Shown piece by piece: positions 26,351 to 36,704 of a stretch of DNA of 64,000 nt (position 1 is its first letter; the number at the start of each line of letters is the position of its first letter). The notes under the pieces were generated by a model. That model was not told the DNA's origin, ran no database searches, and worked only from the letters and a program-made list of their open reading frames with translations. This stretch comes from Candidatus Omnitrophota bacterium (lineage in GTDB: Bacteria; Omnitrophota; Gorgyraeia; Gygaellales; Profunditerraquicolaceae): positions 6,536-70,535 of the forward strand of contig VGKG01000004.1 of NCBI GenBank assembly GCA_016867115.1. Direction: 5' to 3'. A program made the translations under genes and the position numbers.

Positions 26351-27109
26351 TTATTTCTTGATATACAAAGGCATAAGATCATCGTTTTTCATCAAGCCCC
26401 TGACCCTTTCCAGGTCTTGCGGCGTATCCACTCCCACCGCCTGAGAAGACGTCAAAACCGCCCTTATCTTGTATCCATGTTCAATTGCTCGCAGCATATC
26501 CACGGATTCTACTATCTCAAGCGGCGTTTGAGGCAGCTTTGAAAAAAGGAGTAGAAAGTCTTTACGAAAAGCGATGATCCCCAGTTGCTTGTATCTTTTA
26601 TAAGGCAGCCCGGAAGCCTTGTGTACTGAAGGAATGGGTTCCCGTGAAAAATATATGACGTTATTATCGGTATCGCAGACTGTCTTAACTACATTGCTGC
26701 TATTGAACTCTTCATCGCTATTTATCTCGGAGATCAGATTGGTGCAGGTAATCCCCGGCTCGTTTAGCAGGGGGGCGACTACGGAATCTAGCATCTCGGG
26801 CCTTACCATCGGCTCATCGCCCTGGACATTGATTACGATATCTGCTTCGACTGAAAGAGATGCCTCTATAATCCTGTCTGTGCAGCGCTGATGCGACGGA
26901 GAGGTCATTACCGCCTTACCGCCGCCAGCCTTTACTGCATCGAATATTTCCCGGTCGCAGGTAGCCACAATAACCCCGCTTACAGAACGGGTAAGGGCCA
27001 CCCTCTTTCTGATATGTTCGATCATGGGTAGACCATGTATATCAAAAAGAGGTTTCCCGGGAAACCTGGTTGAACCCATACGTGCCGGTATGATCGCAAT
27101 AACTTTCAT
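26351..27109 (-). CDS. kdsB: KdsB-like CMP-ulosonate cytidylyltransferase (likely start 27109)
   Basis: IIPARMGSTRFPGKPL, CTDRI, NVQGDEP, YFSREPIP, GVDTPQDL. Confidence 0.88.
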   Translation of the reverse strand: MKVIAIIPARMGSTRFPGKPLFDIHGLPMIEHIRKRVALTRSVSGVIVATCDREIFDAVKAGGGKAVMTSPSHQRCTDRIIEASLSVEADIVINVQGDEPMVRPEMLDSVVAPLLNEPGITCTNLISEINSDEEFNSSNVVKTVCDTDNNVIYFSREPIPSVHKASGLPYKRYKQLGIIAFRKDFLLLFSKLPQTPLEIVESVDMLRAIEHGYKIRAVLTSSQAVGVDTPQDLERVRGLMKNDDLMPLYIKK

Positions 27110-27110
27110 C

Positions 27111-28094
27111 TTATTTTTTGCGGGCAAGGACCCTCATATGTGAACTGAGATTATTCCTCCTGATCCAATCCTGTAATTCATCCTTTGCTTCGCTTTTACC
27201 TTTTCTGGCAAACGTCTCCCAGAATTTCCCTAACTTTATACTATCATTAACTATCGCTCCCTCTACAATATCCCAATCCAGTTGTCCGGGCGTTTCGATC
27301 TTAACCGCCTCAAACCCTTCTCTGGTCAAAAGATGCCTGATTGATCCGGGGTTAAAGAAATTTATATGGCAGGGCGGATAAATCGCCTTTGAATCCTCCC
27401 AGAGGATCCGGATATCAAAACCCTCTCCATTTAAGGTAGTCAGAAAAAGCCAGCCGCCCTTTTTAAGAAGGCGATAGACCGAAGAAAGAAAGACCGAAGG
27501 GTCATATAAATGCTCGAATAGCTCGAATGCCGTCAACAGGTTGAAACTATTATCATAACCTTTAAGCTCTTCTAAAGTGGAGCATTCTGCCTTTAAATCC
27601 AGCTTCCCGCAAAGTTCTGCCTGTTCAAGCGAAGGCTCGATAGCAATATAGCTGCTCTGTCCCCAGAGTTTATGCAGCTCATCAAGAAAAAGGCCAAACC
27701 CTGCGCCGATATCTCCGATCTGCCAGGCCGGATCTTTACCGAAATATTCTGTGATGAACTCCGCCCGGGGCCTGAAGATTTTCTCTCTTCTTGCCTCGGC
27801 AACCGGCATAAAAAACTCTTTTACCCAAAAATCAGTTGAGGCGGACCGACCATAAAACTCTTTTAAACTATCGAATGAGAGCCTGGTCTTTGCATACAGA
27901 GTTGAGCAGTTAAGGCAAGTCACGTATTCAAAACAGCTCTTCTTAAACTCAAGGATATGCTTATCTTCCTGGCAAGCAGGGCACTTTACCTTAACTAATG
28001 CTTTTTTGCTATTCAAGAAGGCCTTGCAGTCTTCCTGGACCAGCTTAAGGTAAAGTTTTAACTTATCTTTATCCCGGATATCCTTCTCTTTCAA
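27111..28094 (-). CDS. Class I SAM-dependent methyltransferase with Zn ribbon (TTG start)
   Basis: CPAC/CLNC, DIGAGFG, FELFEH, LKKGG. Confidence 0.87.
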   Translation of the reverse strand: MKEKDIRDKDKLKLYLKLVQEDCKAFLNSKKALVKVKCPACQEDKHILEFKKSCFEYVTCLNCSTLYAKTRLSFDSLKEFYGRSASTDFWVKEFFMPVAEARREKIFRPRAEFITEYFGKDPAWQIGDIGAGFGLFLDELHKLWGQSSYIAIEPSLEQAELCGKLDLKAECSTLEELKGYDNSFNLLTAFELFEHLYDPSVFLSSVYRLLKKGGWLFLTTLNGEGFDIRILWEDSKAIYPPCHINFFNPGSIRHLLTREGFEAVKIETPGQLDWDIVEGAIVNDSIKLGKFWETFARKGKSEAKDELQDWIRRNNLSSHMRVLARKK

Positions 28095-28098
28095 AAAA

Positions 28099-28881
28099 CT
28101 ATCCTTTCTTATTGACCAAAGCTTTGACCTCGCTCAGTCCGCCCCGGCACATCTCACCGAGAAACATAAAATCAACGCTATAGCCGATGAATCTATAGCC
28201 TGCATTTATCTTCTCTTTCACCAGCTTAGGGTCAGGAGGCACAATATGACAGCCGGCAGTAACCTCCAGATTAGAGGAAATTTTCTGTATCTGCTTCATC
28301 GCCTCGATAAAACTAGGATGTGAAAACTCACCCGGCACCCCCAATGAACCGGAAAGGTCGTAAGGCCCGATAATGAAAGCATCTATCCCCTTAACCGTGA
28401 GTATACTCTTAAGGTTTTCAACCGCTTTAATATGCTCTATTTGGACAATAACCATACTGTTAGCATCAGCCCATTTCCTGTATTCATCGAACTTTGTCCC
28501 GTAACCTTGTGCCCGGTAAAGCCCGACTCCCCTTGTCCCTTTAGGCGGATATTTTACGGCATTAACCGCCTTTTCAGCGTCTTCCCTTGTGTTTACCATG
28601 GGCACAATAACGCCATGTGCACCCAAATCCATCACCCTTTTTATAAGATTCGGGTTATTTTCTCCTACGCGCACTAAAGGGACGACTCCGCATAACTCGA
28701 TTACTTGTATAAGACTTTGCGCTTCGGAAAGGGTTATTGCCGAATGCTCCATATCAACGGTCAGCCAGTCAAAACCCGCTCTCGCCATGATCTCAGCAAC
28801 GGCAGGATGACCCAGCGTGACCCACGAACCGAAAGTTAACTTTTTATTTTTTATCTTTTCTTTTAAACTAGTTGCTGCCAT
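28099..28881 (-). CDS. HpcH/HpaI class II pyruvate aldolase
   Basis: FDWLTVDMEHS, RVMDLGAHGVIVPMV, YPPKGTRG, QIEH, IGPYDLSGSLG. Confidence 0.93.
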   Translation of the reverse strand: MAATSLKEKIKNKKLTFGSWVTLGHPAVAEIMARAGFDWLTVDMEHSAITLSEAQSLIQVIELCGVVPLVRVGENNPNLIKRVMDLGAHGVIVPMVNTREDAEKAVNAVKYPPKGTRGVGLYRAQGYGTKFDEYRKWADANSMVIVQIEHIKAVENLKSILTVKGIDAFIIGPYDLSGSLGVPGEFSHPSFIEAMKQIQKISSNLEVTAGCHIVPPDPKLVKEKINAGYRFIGYSVDFMFLGEMCRGGLSEVKALVNKKG

Positions 28882-29698
28882 GCTTATAACCCTCCTTCGT
28901 TTCCTTAACTGCCAAGAAGTTTGTAAACCCTCTTTCTTTGTTTATATAAAGACGGAACCCGCAGCGATTAAACAAATCCACATAGTCATTAATGCGGTAG
29001 AAATGGTCTCCCGATTCATTATCCGCAGAGAAAAGTTGATTGAATTTCGGGAAGATCTCGTATACAACGCGCTTCTTAAGCTTCCTTACGGGTAAAATAA
29101 CCTTTATCGTGTTCTTTATATACTCTTTAATAAAATCAGTTGAGTTTACCGGTGATTCTCCGATGATCAGCACTACTCCGGAAGGCTTCAGCACTCTTCT
29201 GATCTCGCCAAGCAGCCTCACCGGATCATCGGCATGGTGGAATGCCTGTGACATAAAACAGAAGTCAAGCGACTGATCAGGCAATTTTATATCATAGAAA
29301 CTGCCGATCACCCGGGTTATCTTATTGCCGCAGCCATTAAATAAATCTATCACCAGGGGAGCGATTTTTAATAAGCGGTGCTTTGATATCTCGGTAGCAT
29401 AGATCTTCTCTATATCATCTACCCTGGATAGCAAAGCAGTTGTCCAACATACTCCTGCAGCCAGATCCGCACCTACTCCCTTAAGCGGTATTCCCATTTT
29501 CCTGGAAAAATCTAAAATCGACTCGTATTCGGCATAATATGTAGTTTTTTTCTTCAAATACCGGAGTATTTTTTCAGTATTACCATCAAGGATATACCAA
29601 TCTTTATTCTTCTCTTCCTCCTCGTTGCTCCAGTACCGGCCCGAATAAATAGTCTCAATCTCTTTATCGGTTAACCAGGATTGTATAGCGGTTTCCAT
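28868..29698 (-). CDS. Class I SAM-dependent methyltransferase
   Basis: DLAAGVCW, AFHHADDP, RVLKPSG. Confidence 0.85.
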   Translation of the reverse strand: METAIQSWLTDKEIETIYSGRYWSNEEEEKNKDWYILDGNTEKILRYLKKKTTYYAEYESILDFSRKMGIPLKGVGADLAAGVCWTTALLSRVDDIEKIYATEISKHRLLKIAPLVIDLFNGCGNKITRVIGSFYDIKLPDQSLDFCFMSQAFHHADDPVRLLGEIRRVLKPSGVVLIIGESPVNSTDFIKEYIKNTIKVILPVRKLKKRVVYEIFPKFNQLFSADNESGDHFYRINDYVDLFNRCGFRLYINKERGFTNFLAVKETKEGYKHGSN

Positions 29699-29716
29699 AC
29701 TAGTTTCCCGTCTCTC

Positions 29717-30379
29717 CTATGGTAAATTCCGTATTATTTTAGCCGGTACCCCGCCTGCCAGGACATTGGCGGGTATATCTTTTGTTACCACGCTTCCGGC
29801 TGCGATCACGCTATTGTCTCCAATAGTGACCCCTTTAAGGACCATGCAACGGTTTCCTATCCAAACATTTTTGCCTATAATCACATCTGAATCATTTTCA
29901 ATAGCAGGATTGCTTATTCTATTTTCAGGAGGCCATAGCGGATGACCGTCTAAATCCATTATCAATACATTCGGAGCGATAACCGTTCCCTTCCCGACTA
30001 AAATCGTCTTTGATCTTGCAATAATCGAGGTGCCGTTTAAGCCTACATTATCTTCAATGATTATCCTGGCTGTCTTTGTAAGCGTCTTAAGCTTTGTTGG
30101 CGCAAAAATTGAGCCTGTACTGCTCCTTAATGACGATGATACATTCTGTAGATTACTGCCGATTGTTATCTGGCTCTTGGGAGCGCGCATTAGGTGTATT
30201 GGCCCGTAACTTACCGCCCCCTGGCCGAGCTTTATCCCAAAGATAAAAGATTTCACCCCTAGCATAAACGTACCCGTAAACCCGGAGTATGCCTTCTGGA
30301 CAAGGATGTATGTGTAACTGAAAAAGTCTGCCGGGCTGCTTAATAGTTCCGTTATCTTCTTTATCTTAGGATTGATCAT
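29717..30379 (-). CDS. Hexapeptide-repeat O-/N-acyltransferase
   Basis: IIGKNVWIG...[23 protein letters not shown]...GGVPAKIIR. Confidence 0.92.
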   Translation of the reverse strand: MINPKIKKITELLSSPADFFSYTYILVQKAYSGFTGTFMLGVKSFIFGIKLGQGAVSYGPIHLMRAPKSQITIGSNLQNVSSSLRSSTGSIFAPTKLKTLTKTARIIIEDNVGLNGTSIIARSKTILVGKGTVIAPNVLIMDLDGHPLWPPENRISNPAIENDSDVIIGKNVWIGNRCMVLKGVTIGDNSVIAAGSVVTKDIPANVLAGGVPAKIIRNLP

Positions 30380-31911
30380 GCGTTATCTTTTATCAGAATA
30401 TCTGCGGTTCGTATGGAAAGATCCTCTCTTTTTATCCCGAATAAAACCGGAAAAAGATACACTGTGAAAAAAACCGTTACCGTATACAGTGCCCCTGATA
30501 GTATAAAACTGACTATGATATATCTGCCGATATTTAAAAAAGTATCTACAAAAAAGGCAATAAGAAAACTTATCGTCAATAAACATATAACGCTGATTAT
30601 CTGATGCGCCGCATATTTCCAAAATGGAAGGTCCAGAAGTTTTGCATTGAAAAATAACATGACATTAACCGCGATAAACTGTAAGATCACCATTTTAATA
30701 GCTAGCCCTGTTGCCCCCATATTTAAGCCCATATTAGCCCGGGGCGCGATCAGGAAGAAGGTCACAGGTAGGCCGATAAGCATAAAAAGTACGCCTATAT
30801 TGCGGTAAAGAGCGGTCTTTCCCGAGGCATAGAAAACCGAACCGCTTAACTGGCCGTAGGTCTGATGAATAGGATAGAATGCCATGATAGCTAAAGCAGC
30901 AGTACCGCCTCTGAACTTATCCCCTCCGAATATATAAATAACCTTACCTGCCTGAACGGCAATAAAGCAGCAGAAATATGCCGCCACTGAATAAAGCAAA
31001 GGTATATAGCGCCTGAAAAGCCTTGCCATTTCGACAAGATCCAGCTTTCCGTACGCGATGGAAAACTCTCTCATGAGCAGCGGCGTCATTGAGCTCGTAA
31101 AAAGAAAACATAGCGCCCCTATTTGGTAGGACAGACCGAAAAAACCCTGCTGGATACTTCCGCCGAAATATTGCAGGAGCCACCTGTCCAGTATTCCGGC
31201 TATTAATCCGACTGATGCATAGACAAAGAGCGGGTGGCTATAAGTATAAAATTCCTTTAAATATGCTTTGAACTGAGTAGCTGATAATTTATATTTTTCC
31301 AGGATCAAATGCCCTTTATCCTTCATGATCCAGATAAACAAAAAGCCTAATAAGAGGAACATCAGATAGTGATAATAGAAAAAACCTGCCAGGTTCAGAT
31401 TGCCGGAGATAAAAAGCAGGATTATGAGCACCAGCCCCAAAGCCCTTTGCAGCATCCGGGCAAGCTCCGCGGAAACGGTCACGCCATAAGCGTCAGCCAT
31501 CTTGTTCAATACCTGGGTGATCCAGGAAAGGATCCCCCATATGGCAGCCATATAAACGTAAAGCAGCGCCTGACCCGGCCATAACTGCCTGTAACTACGG
31601 GTTAACTGGACAAGGAGAACAAAGCCAACGACTGCCAGGGAGGCAGCGATGGTAAAATACATGTAGAAATAGACCAGCCCCCTGTCTTTCTGCCTGTGCG
31701 AAAGCTTCGTGTAAAAACCTACGGAAGTACCCATATCCAGGAATGCGGTAACCTCAGTAAAAAATCCGGAAAGGAAATTAAAGTCCCCGTAGGATTTCGG
31801 ACCAAGCCCCCTCGGTATTATTGTCTGGGTAACCATATTAATGACAAGTCCAACTAAGTTTGTGGAAAGTTTATAAAAATATCTTTTTTTAAGAGAGTCT
31901 TTTGACATCAT
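30376..31911 (-). CDS. wzx: Wzx flippase (likely start 31911 or 31908)
   Basis: About 12-14 TM; [21 protein letters not shown]...QGFFGL pattern of MOP exporters. Confidence 0.85.
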   Translation of the reverse strand: MMSKDSLKKRYFYKLSTNLVGLVINMVTQTIIPRGLGPKSYGDFNFLSGFFTEVTAFLDMGTSVGFYTKLSHRQKDRGLVYFYMYFTIAASLAVVGFVLLVQLTRSYRQLWPGQALLYVYMAAIWGILSWITQVLNKMADAYGVTVSAELARMLQRALGLVLIILLFISGNLNLAGFFYYHYLMFLLLGFLFIWIMKDKGHLILEKYKLSATQFKAYLKEFYTYSHPLFVYASVGLIAGILDRWLLQYFGGSIQQGFFGLSYQIGALCFLFTSSMTPLLMREFSIAYGKLDLVEMARLFRRYIPLLYSVAAYFCCFIAVQAGKVIYIFGGDKFRGGTAALAIMAFYPIHQTYGQLSGSVFYASGKTALYRNIGVLFMLIGLPVTFFLIAPRANMGLNMGATGLAIKMVILQFIAVNVMLFFNAKLLDLPFWKYAAHQIISVICLLTISFLIAFFVDTFLNIGRYIIVSFILSGALYTVTVFFTVYLFPVLFGIKREDLSIRTADILIKDNA

Positions 31912-33656
31912 GCTCCGCCTAAAAGCGTCTCCAGAGCCTTTGTCCATTCATTCAACCAGTTCTCGCTAGTCAGGGCAAATCTCTGGCAGAATTTATTTCT
32001 GGCATCCTGTATCCCAGGCTGTTTCCACCATCCCGCAGAATCATGCCATATCTCATTTACCTTTTTCGCTGCGCTTTCAGGACTTCTATGCAGGATACCC
32101 GCCTTCCTTAACAATTCAAAATAATCCTCTGCTTCAGGACGCATTAAATAGACATCGTGGTCCCAGTAAAAGACAGAAGGGACATTTATGACCAGCGCCT
32201 CTAAAAACGAGGTATGCGCATGGTCAGCTACGACAAGTTTTGCCTTTTTCATCCATTCGACCAGTCTGCCTCCGGTGACTACGGTAAGGTCCGGATGTCC
32301 CTCTTTTATCGTAGGCACAACATTCCAGCCGCCTTCGATATTGGGACGAAAAAGCGTTTCTTTGACTATCTCTTTCCTTAACGAACGGAAAAATGATTTC
32401 ATATTACCCAGATATCCAAACATATCCTCAGGCTGCATGCAGGCTTCAAATCTATACTGATATTTAGGCAGGCTGGTGCTCACAAAAAGGAGGTTCTCTA
32501 ACGAGCAGGAATGCTTATCTCTTACCTTTGACAGATACGGGACAGGGAGTGGCTTGGCCCTGCCTTCCTTATCTTTCCATCCCCAGGTAAAAAAGGCGTC
32601 TTTCTCCAGGCATAATTTCTCATGCGGGATAGAGAAGCTGACCCCGTATCCTCCGCCGTGCTGAAAATCCAGCAGTTTTGCTCCGTTAACAGCTGACTCC
32701 GCCGCAAAGAACTTGAACCTTTCATTGAAATACCAGTCGCCCGCAGAGCCCACGGCTTTGACCTTCCGGCTATTCTTTACGCTGCCATGGTAGGAATCAT
32801 AATCTTCCACATAGCACATGGGAATGGCGTACGGCAATACCTTATAAAGCAGCTCCCGGAAACGGTCTGAGCCGCCTTCCAGAGTCAACTTCTCTCTGGC
32901 CCCGGGCGAAAAGTTATCGTACGATTCTGAGTTCCCGGCATTGAAATCTTTAAAGCCTACCTTCCTGATCCCCGTTCTCCATTTCAGCTGCATTGAATCA
33001 ACCGGCTGTAGCTGAGACATCCCGCTAAAGATGACCTGCGGCTGAAAGATATCCGAAGAATTCAGGAAAAACCTGAATATCTTCCTTTTAATAGTCTCGT
33101 TCTTGGATCTAGAAACCGCATTCTCCTTATACTCGATGACGGCGGTATTTTCCGGAAAAATAGCATGCGCGATAAGGCTGAAGAGTTTGAGGTTATAATA
33201 ATCGTCGTTTATTTTGCCGTTAAGCAACAACGTATCGTATGTATCAATACTGGCCAGGCTGCACTGTCCGTATGGCAACGCATGGGTATACACGTCTGGG
33301 AAAAGATCGAAAGCGTGTTCCAACCTTCTGTAGCGGTCATAAAAGATCCCAATAAAATGCATCAACCAGTACCCCAGAAGGACCTCCCAGTAGCGCAAGG
33401 GGTATGAGGCACCATGCAAAACATTCAGCTTATCAGACACCCTGGGCAATAGCTCTGCATAAATAACCTGGCAGTAATCCGCGGCCTCCTTTATCTTGGT
33501 CGCAGGCTTGAACGGAGAGGGGATCATCTCGTAGGAGCGGGCTTCAAGTAATTTAATATTATCTTTGCCTGCCAGGCACCAGGGACCGAGAAGAAAAAGC
33601 TTACCGTCCAGATCCCAGATACTTGAAATCCCTGTAGTCGCCAGATATTTATTCAT
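31908..33656 (-). CDS. Putative transferase, LIC12162-like family
   Basis: N-terminal LATT...LGPWCL, W..LLGYWL, QHGGGYG, FFTWGW, TSFLEAL..NVP; family assignment from recall. Confidence 0.7.
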   Translation of the reverse strand: MNKYLATTGISSIWDLDGKLFLLGPWCLAGKDNIKLLEARSYEMIPSPFKPATKIKEAADYCQVIYAELLPRVSDKLNVLHGASYPLRYWEVLLGYWLMHFIGIFYDRYRRLEHAFDLFPDVYTHALPYGQCSLASIDTYDTLLLNGKINDDYYNLKLFSLIAHAIFPENTAVIEYKENAVSRSKNETIKRKIFRFFLNSSDIFQPQVIFSGMSQLQPVDSMQLKWRTGIRKVGFKDFNAGNSESYDNFSPGAREKLTLEGGSDRFRELLYKVLPYAIPMCYVEDYDSYHGSVKNSRKVKAVGSAGDWYFNERFKFFAAESAVNGAKLLDFQHGGGYGVSFSIPHEKLCLEKDAFFTWGWKDKEGRAKPLPVPYLSKVRDKHSCSLENLLFVSTSLPKYQYRFEACMQPEDMFGYLGNMKSFFRSLRKEIVKETLFRPNIEGGWNVVPTIKEGHPDLTVVTGGRLVEWMKKAKLVVADHAHTSFLEALVINVPSVFYWDHDVYLMRPEAEDYFELLRKAGILHRSPESAAKKVNEIWHDSAGWWKQPGIQDARNKFCQRFALTSENWLNEWTKALETLLGGA

Positions 33657-35462
33657 TTATTTTCTCTCAATCAGATAACCGTCAATAAGTAAAGCGTTCA
33701 GGTCCCCTCTTTCAAATACTCCGAACGCATCCTGCGGGGTCTGGACAATCGGCTCTCCGTGGATATTAAAAGAGGTGTTCAGCACGCCGCCAATGCCGGT
33801 GTGCTTGTGAAATGCGCTGATCAGAGCGTGGTATGCCGGATTCATCTCTCTGGATACTACCTGCGGCCTGACAGTAAGGTCATACTGGTGGAGCCCTGCT
33901 TTAAGGTCCTTCCATGCCGCTTTCTTGGTCTGGAAAGCGATAGTCATGTAAGGGGCGCTTATGGATTTAGGATTTACCAGGTACTTATCCGCCTCTTCTT
34001 CGAGAATCGAGGGCGCAAAGGGCATCCAGAAATCGCGGCATTTTATTTTTTCATTGATGACCTTGATCACTTCGGGATTCCGGGGATCTGCGATTATTGA
34101 ACGGTTGCCGAGGGCCCTTGCCCCGAACTCGCTCCTTGCCACGCACCTCCCGATAATGACCCCCTTTTCCAGCAGTTCTGCGATATATCCGGGATCGGGA
34201 TCTTTTTTAACAGAATATTTCCCGGCTCTTGAGGCCTTCACCACATCTTTAATCTGGCGCTCTGTCGCCTGCGGGCCAAGGTAGGCGTTCTTAATAGGCT
34301 TTAAGACCTTCCGCGGGTCTTTTCTCTTGCGGATGCAGATATCATGCATCGCCACATACGCCGAACCTATGGCTAGGGATTCATCCGAAGGCGTGGGGCA
34401 GATAAAGAGTCCCTTTAGCGAAGGCAGCTTCACGATATCCATTACCGCCTTGATATTCATCGCCACCCCTCCGCCGAAACAGAGCCTTTTAGCACCTGTC
34501 TCTTTCAGGGCGTTATCCGTCCAATCCGCCAGTATATCTTCGGTATATTTCTGGATAGCTCCGGCAATATTATCGAAACGGCTTCCTTCAAACTTATTCT
34601 TAAAATAAAAATACAGATCCGAGGGTTTCTCCTTATAGTCAAACCCCAGGCCATTGACAAACATAGTATTACTGAATACCCCCAGTTCCTTCTGGAAGTA
34701 TCCGGGTTTAGCGTAAGCTGCCAGGCCCATCACTTTATATTCGTGCTCATCCGGCTTCATGCCCAGAAGCAGGGTTATATACCGATAGAGCCTGCCGATG
34801 ATGAAATTCTGGGAACTGGAAAGAAGCCTTATGCCTTTATCGTCCGCGACACTTACGGAGGCGTTCATATCATCTCCCCAGGCATCCGCAGTCAGGATGA
34901 GCGTCTTCTCCTTCTTCATGGGGCTGGCGTAATAAGCGTAATAGCCGTGCGCGCGATGATGGTGGATAAAGATCACTTTTTCTCTGGCGATGCCCAGGTG
35001 CCTGCTGATGCAATCGCGGCGGAAATCCATAAAGAAGGCATTTGTCTTTGCGGAATCTCCGCTATAAAGGAAATCTATCGCCTCATTCCACTGCTTCCCG
35101 GGAAATTGCGCGGTATCAACGTGCTCCTTAAACAGGTCAAGAAAAGGTATTTCTTTGCCCTCGAATAACCTGGGATACCAATAATCGTGCTGCTCTTTGA
35201 GCCTGTCCCTTACTGACATCTTCGACCACTTATGGCAGAGTATGCCCGTAGGATCGAATCTCTCTCCCGAAACAGCGACAAGGCCAAGGTCAGAAGCTCT
35301 TACATTACCTATTTTAAGCACTGCCTCGATCGCATGAAGCGGGAAGGACTCGTCATTCTTAAAGCGGGAGAAACGCTCTTCGCTTACGCAGGCAACGACA
35401 TCCCCTGCGATCATCAGCGCTGCCGTAGAATTCGTACCCCAGTGGATAGAGAGGATCTTCAT
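33657..35462 (-). CDS. Carbamoyltransferase (CmcH/NodU family)
   Basis: EERFSRFK, HHRAH, EYKVMGLA, GGVAMN, EFGARALGNRSI, PFAPS, NTSFNIHGEPIV. Confidence 0.95.
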   Translation of the reverse strand: MKILSIHWGTNSTAALMIAGDVVACVSEERFSRFKNDESFPLHAIEAVLKIGNVRASDLGLVAVSGERFDPTGILCHKWSKMSVRDRLKEQHDYWYPRLFEGKEIPFLDLFKEHVDTAQFPGKQWNEAIDFLYSGDSAKTNAFFMDFRRDCISRHLGIAREKVIFIHHHRAHGYYAYYASPMKKEKTLILTADAWGDDMNASVSVADDKGIRLLSSSQNFIIGRLYRYITLLLGMKPDEHEYKVMGLAAYAKPGYFQKELGVFSNTMFVNGLGFDYKEKPSDLYFYFKNKFEGSRFDNIAGAIQKYTEDILADWTDNALKETGAKRLCFGGGVAMNIKAVMDIVKLPSLKGLFICPTPSDESLAIGSAYVAMHDICIRKRKDPRKVLKPIKNAYLGPQATERQIKDVVKASRAGKYSVKKDPDPGYIAELLEKGVIIGRCVARSEFGARALGNRSIIADPRNPEVIKVINEKIKCRDFWMPFAPSILEEEADKYLVNPKSISAPYMTIAFQTKKAAWKDLKAGLHQYDLTVRPQVVSREMNPAYHALISAFHKHTGIGGVLNTSFNIHGEPIVQTPQDAFGVFERGDLNALLIDGYLIERK

Positions 35463-35465
35463 GGA

Positions 35466-36695
35466 TCAGTCCTTCCTGTCATTTATTCCGGCAAGATAAA
35501 ACGTGCCTAAACCGTTCAGCTCCCTGAACAGATTGACGCCTATCTTGAAATTCTCTGACTCCCTGCGCTGCAATTTAACGATCCGGCTTAAGACCTTATC
35601 CAGGTCTTTGAGCCTTCCGGTCAGTTCGCTCTGTAGCGCTTTATGCAGACCTAAAAGCCTGCTGTCAAAGTGCCTGATGATCATTCTGGATGCATCTCTG
35701 ACAGAAGATAGGTCGTCTTCCTGCCAATCATTCTTCTGGTTTTGCACTAAGCCGGCCAGAAGGCTTGACAGGGAATCGACGTTCCTGGCAAGCGTCCGGC
35801 ATCCGGGTGCCTCAAGGAGGCTCCCGAAGACGCCTGCATCTTCATGCTGGCTGAACAGCCACCTTAATCTTAAAAGTGCCCTGTATTCCTTCCAGAGCGG
35901 ATGCATAAAGTCTATGCGCTCCGAGGTATAGGGATTTATCTCAAGCGGCAGCTCAATAGAAGGCCAGCTGCTGTAATACGATACGCCCTCTTCTTTGAAC
36001 CAGCCGATGACATTTTCAAGCGGCAGTCCGTACATATGCCTGTTGACCAGGTAATCAAAGACGACTGAGCGCTCTGTGCGCAAACCGAATCTTACCGAAC
36101 GCCTGATATGGTCCGGAAAAGCTTGCCTGGCGATCTCCATTATCTTTTTTTCGTCAAGTCCGGCTATCGCCCTGATGATGGAGCGATGCAGCAACCGCTG
36201 CACGATCCCCAGCTCTTCCACAAAACCGACTACGATGAATCCTCCGGGCTTAGATGCCCGGATCATATTCCTGAATACTTTGGCCGGATCCTGGACATGG
36301 GGAAGTACGCCCAGGCTGATTACAAAATCTCCTCTCCTTTGCGGGAATATCCGGTTATGGATGTCAGCTACCTTGAAAGTAAGCCTTGAATTTAGAGCAA
36401 AGTGTCCTGCTAATTGCCTGGCGCGGCTGATACTGTCAGGGTTAAAGTCGGCTCCGGCTACGACCGCCTTATTCCTGGCGAGGAACACGTCTATCTCTCC
36501 TGTGCCGCAACCAAAATCAAAGACCTTTGCCCCGGATAATGCAGAGAGGGGGATCTTCAGGCGGCCCTGCCACAGCTCTTTCTGCCAGCCGAAGAGCTTA
36601 TTATAATAATCTCTGCTCTCGATGCTTATCGCCGAAGGGCTTGCTTTACGGTAAACCTCAAGGACTTCTTTTCCAACCCTGCTTCTTTTCTTCAT
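35466..36695 (-). CDS. SAM-dependent methyltransferase with helical C-terminal extension
   Basis: DFGCGTGE, GVLPH, KPGGFI. Confidence 0.82.
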   Translation of the reverse strand: MKKRSRVGKEVLEVYRKASPSAISIESRDYYNKLFGWQKELWQGRLKIPLSALSGAKVFDFGCGTGEIDVFLARNKAVVAGADFNPDSISRARQLAGHFALNSRLTFKVADIHNRIFPQRRGDFVISLGVLPHVQDPAKVFRNMIRASKPGGFIVVGFVEELGIVQRLLHRSIIRAIAGLDEKKIMEIARQAFPDHIRRSVRFGLRTERSVVFDYLVNRHMYGLPLENVIGWFKEEGVSYYSSWPSIELPLEINPYTSERIDFMHPLWKEYRALLRLRWLFSQHEDAGVFGSLLEAPGCRTLARNVDSLSSLLAGLVQNQKNDWQEDDLSSVRDASRMIIRHFDSRLLGLHKALQSELTGRLKDLDKVLSRIVKLQRRESENFKIGVNLFRELNGLGTFYLAGINDRKD

Positions 36696-36704
36696 GGTCT
36701 TCCT

